The position numbers and the translations under genes are program-made. The notes below the pieces were generated by a model that was given only the letters and a program-made list of their open reading frames with translations, did not search any database and had not been told where the DNA came from. Shown piece after piece: positions 61,770 to 64,000 of a stretch of 64,000 nucleotides of DNA. Within the stretch, counting starts at the first letter, position 1; every line of letters starts with the position of its first letter. This stretch comes from an uncultured Planctomycetota bacterium. Its GTDB lineage: Bacteria; Planctomycetota; Planctomycetia; Gemmatales; Gemmataceae. The stretch covers positions 160,001 through 224,000 of the forward strand of contig CAWKHF010000006.1 of the NCBI GenBank assembly GCA_963849325.1, in the 5' to 3' direction.

Positions 61770-64000
61770 ATGTTTCGCAGCCGGTGCGCGGGTTGGTTCC
61801 GTTCGTGCCTGATTGTGGGGATGGCATGTCTCGTGGTGCAAACGCCCCTATCCCGAATGCTCCGGGCCGAACCGCCGAAACCAGCGCTGACACCGGAACA
61901 GCAGCAGCAATTGGAGAAGGCGAAGCGTCTCCAAGCGGAGGTAGTCGCACTCTCCCGGCAGGGCCGATACCGTGAGGCGGTTGATCGGGCCCGCCAAGTT
62001 GCCGAGATCTGCAAGGAGTTGCTGGGCGAGAAGCATCCTCTCTACGCCACCTGCCTGAACAACCTGGCCCAGCTGTACGACTCCCAGGGCGACTACGCCA
62101 AGGCCGAGCCGTTGTTTCGCCAAGCGCTGCAAATCCGCAAGCAGGCGCTGGGAGAAAAGCACCCCGACTACGCCACCAGCCTGAACAACCTGGCCGGCCT
62201 GTATCAGTCCCAGGGAGACTACGCCAAGGCCGAGCCGCTGTACCGACAGGCCGTGGAGATCCTCAAGCAGGCGCTGGGCGAGAAGCACGTCGCCTACGCT
62301 ACCAGCCTGAACAACCTGGCCGAACTGTACCGCTGCCAGGGCGACTACGCCAAAGCCGAGCCGCTGTGCCAACAGGCTGCGGAGATCCTCAAGCAGGCGC
62401 TGGGCGCAGAAGCACCCCTCCTACGCTACCAGCCTGAACAACCTGGGTCTGCTGTACCAATTCCAGGGCGACTACGCCAAGGCCGAGCCGATGCATCGAC
62501 AGGCGACGGAGATCCTCAAGCAGGCGCTGGGCGCAAAGCACCCCTCCTACGCCAGCAGCCTGAACAACCTGGCCGGGCTGTACCAATTCCAGGGCGACTA
62601 CGCCAAGGCCGAACCTCTGTACCGACAGGCGCGGGAGATCATCAAGCAGGCGCTGGGCGACAAGCACCCCGACTATGCCAGCTGCCTGAACAACCTGGCC
62701 CTGCTGTACAAGTCTCAGGGCGATTACGCCAAGGCCGAGCCGATGTACCGACAGGCGACGGAGATCAAGAAGCAAGTGCTCGGCGCGAAGCACCCCCTCT
62801 ACGCCACCAGCCTGACCGGCCTGGCCCAGCTGTACCAGTCCCAGGGCGACTACGCCAAGGCCGAACCTCTGTACCGACAGGCGCTGCAAATCCGCAAGCA
62901 GGCGCTGGGAGAAAAGCATCCCGACTACGCCACCAGTCTGAATGAACTGGCCTTGCTGCACCACTCCCTGAGGGACTACGCCAAGGCCGAGCCGCTGTAC
63001 CAACAGGCGTTGGCCATCCGCAAGCAGGTGCTGGGCGCGAAGCACCCCGACTACGCCGCCAGCCTGAACAACCTGGCCATGCTGTACTCTTCTCAGGGCG
63101 ACTACGCCAAGGCCGAGCCGCTGTGCCGACAGGCGCTGGCGATCAACAAGCAAGTACTAGGCGAAAAGCATCCTGGCTACGCCACTGACCTGAACAACCT
63201 GGCGGAGTTGTGCCGCTGCCAGGGCGACTATGCCAAGGCCGAGCCGCTGTTTCGCCAGGCGCTGGAGATCCTCAAGCCGGCGCTGGGCGAGCAGCACCCC
63301 TCCTACGCTACCAGCCTGAACAACCTGGCCGGGCTGTACCAATTCCAGGGCGATTACGCCAGGGCCGAATCGCAGTGCCGGAAAGCTCTGACCATCACTC
63401 GCGGCAACCTCGAACTGGCCGCCACCGTGCAGTCCGAGCGGCAGCAACTGGACGTGCTCGAGAAGGTGCGCTACACGCTCGAACGTCTACCTGTCGGCGG
63501 CCATCGCGGCCCGGCAATCCGCCGAGAGGATCTATGAGCCGATCTTGACCTGGAAAGGAGCCGTCAGCCTGCGGCAACAAAACCAGCGGCTGGCGCGGCG
63601 TCATCCCGAACTGGCGGACGACTTCGCTACCCTGGATCGCGTCGCCTCCCGTCTGGCCGCCCTGGCCCTGGCCGTGCCCGTGCCCGACCCCAAACAGCAG
63701 CAAGCACGTCACGAACAAATCCAGAAACTCACCAAGGAGAAGGAAGACCTGGAGAGCCAACTGGCTCGCCGCAGCGCCGACTTCCGTACCGAAAAGGAGC
63801 TGCGGCGGCTGATGCCGGCCCAGCTGCAAGCCGCCCTCCCCGAAGGAACCGCCCTCCTCGACTTCCTCCAATACAGCCATTGCACGCCCTCTACCCAGAA
63901 GAAAGGGCAATGGCAGGTAGAGCGCCGACTGGCGGCCTTCGTGGTCCGCCGCGACGCGCTGGTGCGCGTGGACCTCGGCCCGATCCAGCCCATTCAGGAG
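61770..64000 (+). CDS. TPR-repeat (kinesin-light-chain type) protein, probably with a CHAT domain, 3' partial (apparent frameshifts)
   Basis: Signal peptide; about 11 42-aa repeats LGEKHPDYATSLNNLAxLYxxQGDYAKAEPLY; then LTWKG and LQAALPEGTALLDFLQY linker typical of TPR-CHAT proteins. Confidence 0.85.

Noticed and set aside
61990-63400. 126-nt tandem DNA repeats as a repeat array or mobile element
   Set aside because: Fully explained by 42-aa TPR coding repeats.
700-64000. Many frameshifted genes as mass pseudogenisation or programmed frameshifting
   Set aside because: The breaks are scattered small indels in unrelated genes with all motifs intact, with no accumulation of nonsense codons or common slippery motif. 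Long-read consensus error is the simplest explanation; read polishing would confirm.

Overview
High-GC bacterial DNA, most likely Planctomycetota (Gemmataceae-like), inferred from DUF1501, Uma2, an Rpn-family gene, PEP-CTERM, a sulfatase and a TPR-CHAT gene. About 15 otherwise intact genes show isolated frameshifts, which most simply are long-read indel errors. The window holds two toxin-antitoxin-rich patches (2.3-5.1 kb and 15.4-17.5 kb), a KamA radical-SAM gene with two ATP-grasp ligases, a CsrA/DUF2294 regulatory islet, a cyanophycin locus, housekeeping genes (fabI, clpS, two cyclophilins, peptidases), a c-di-AMP riboswitch before a KimA-like transporter, and many palindromic repeats. The best candidates for new biology are: (1) five tandem paralogous genes for secreted Gly/Met-rich proteins with a near-invariant C-terminal tail, each with its own near-consensus sigma70 promoter (52.6-57.0 kb); (2) a hidden exported selenoprotein read through an in-frame UGA, resembling selenoprotein N (17631-18647); (3) a cyanophycin synthetase that lacks its ATP-grasp domain; (4) a riboswitch/attenuator-like leader upstream of a DUF2294 gene; (5) an Rpn gene with a probable internal antitoxin start. 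All family assignments come from recognising motifs by eye; no searches were run.
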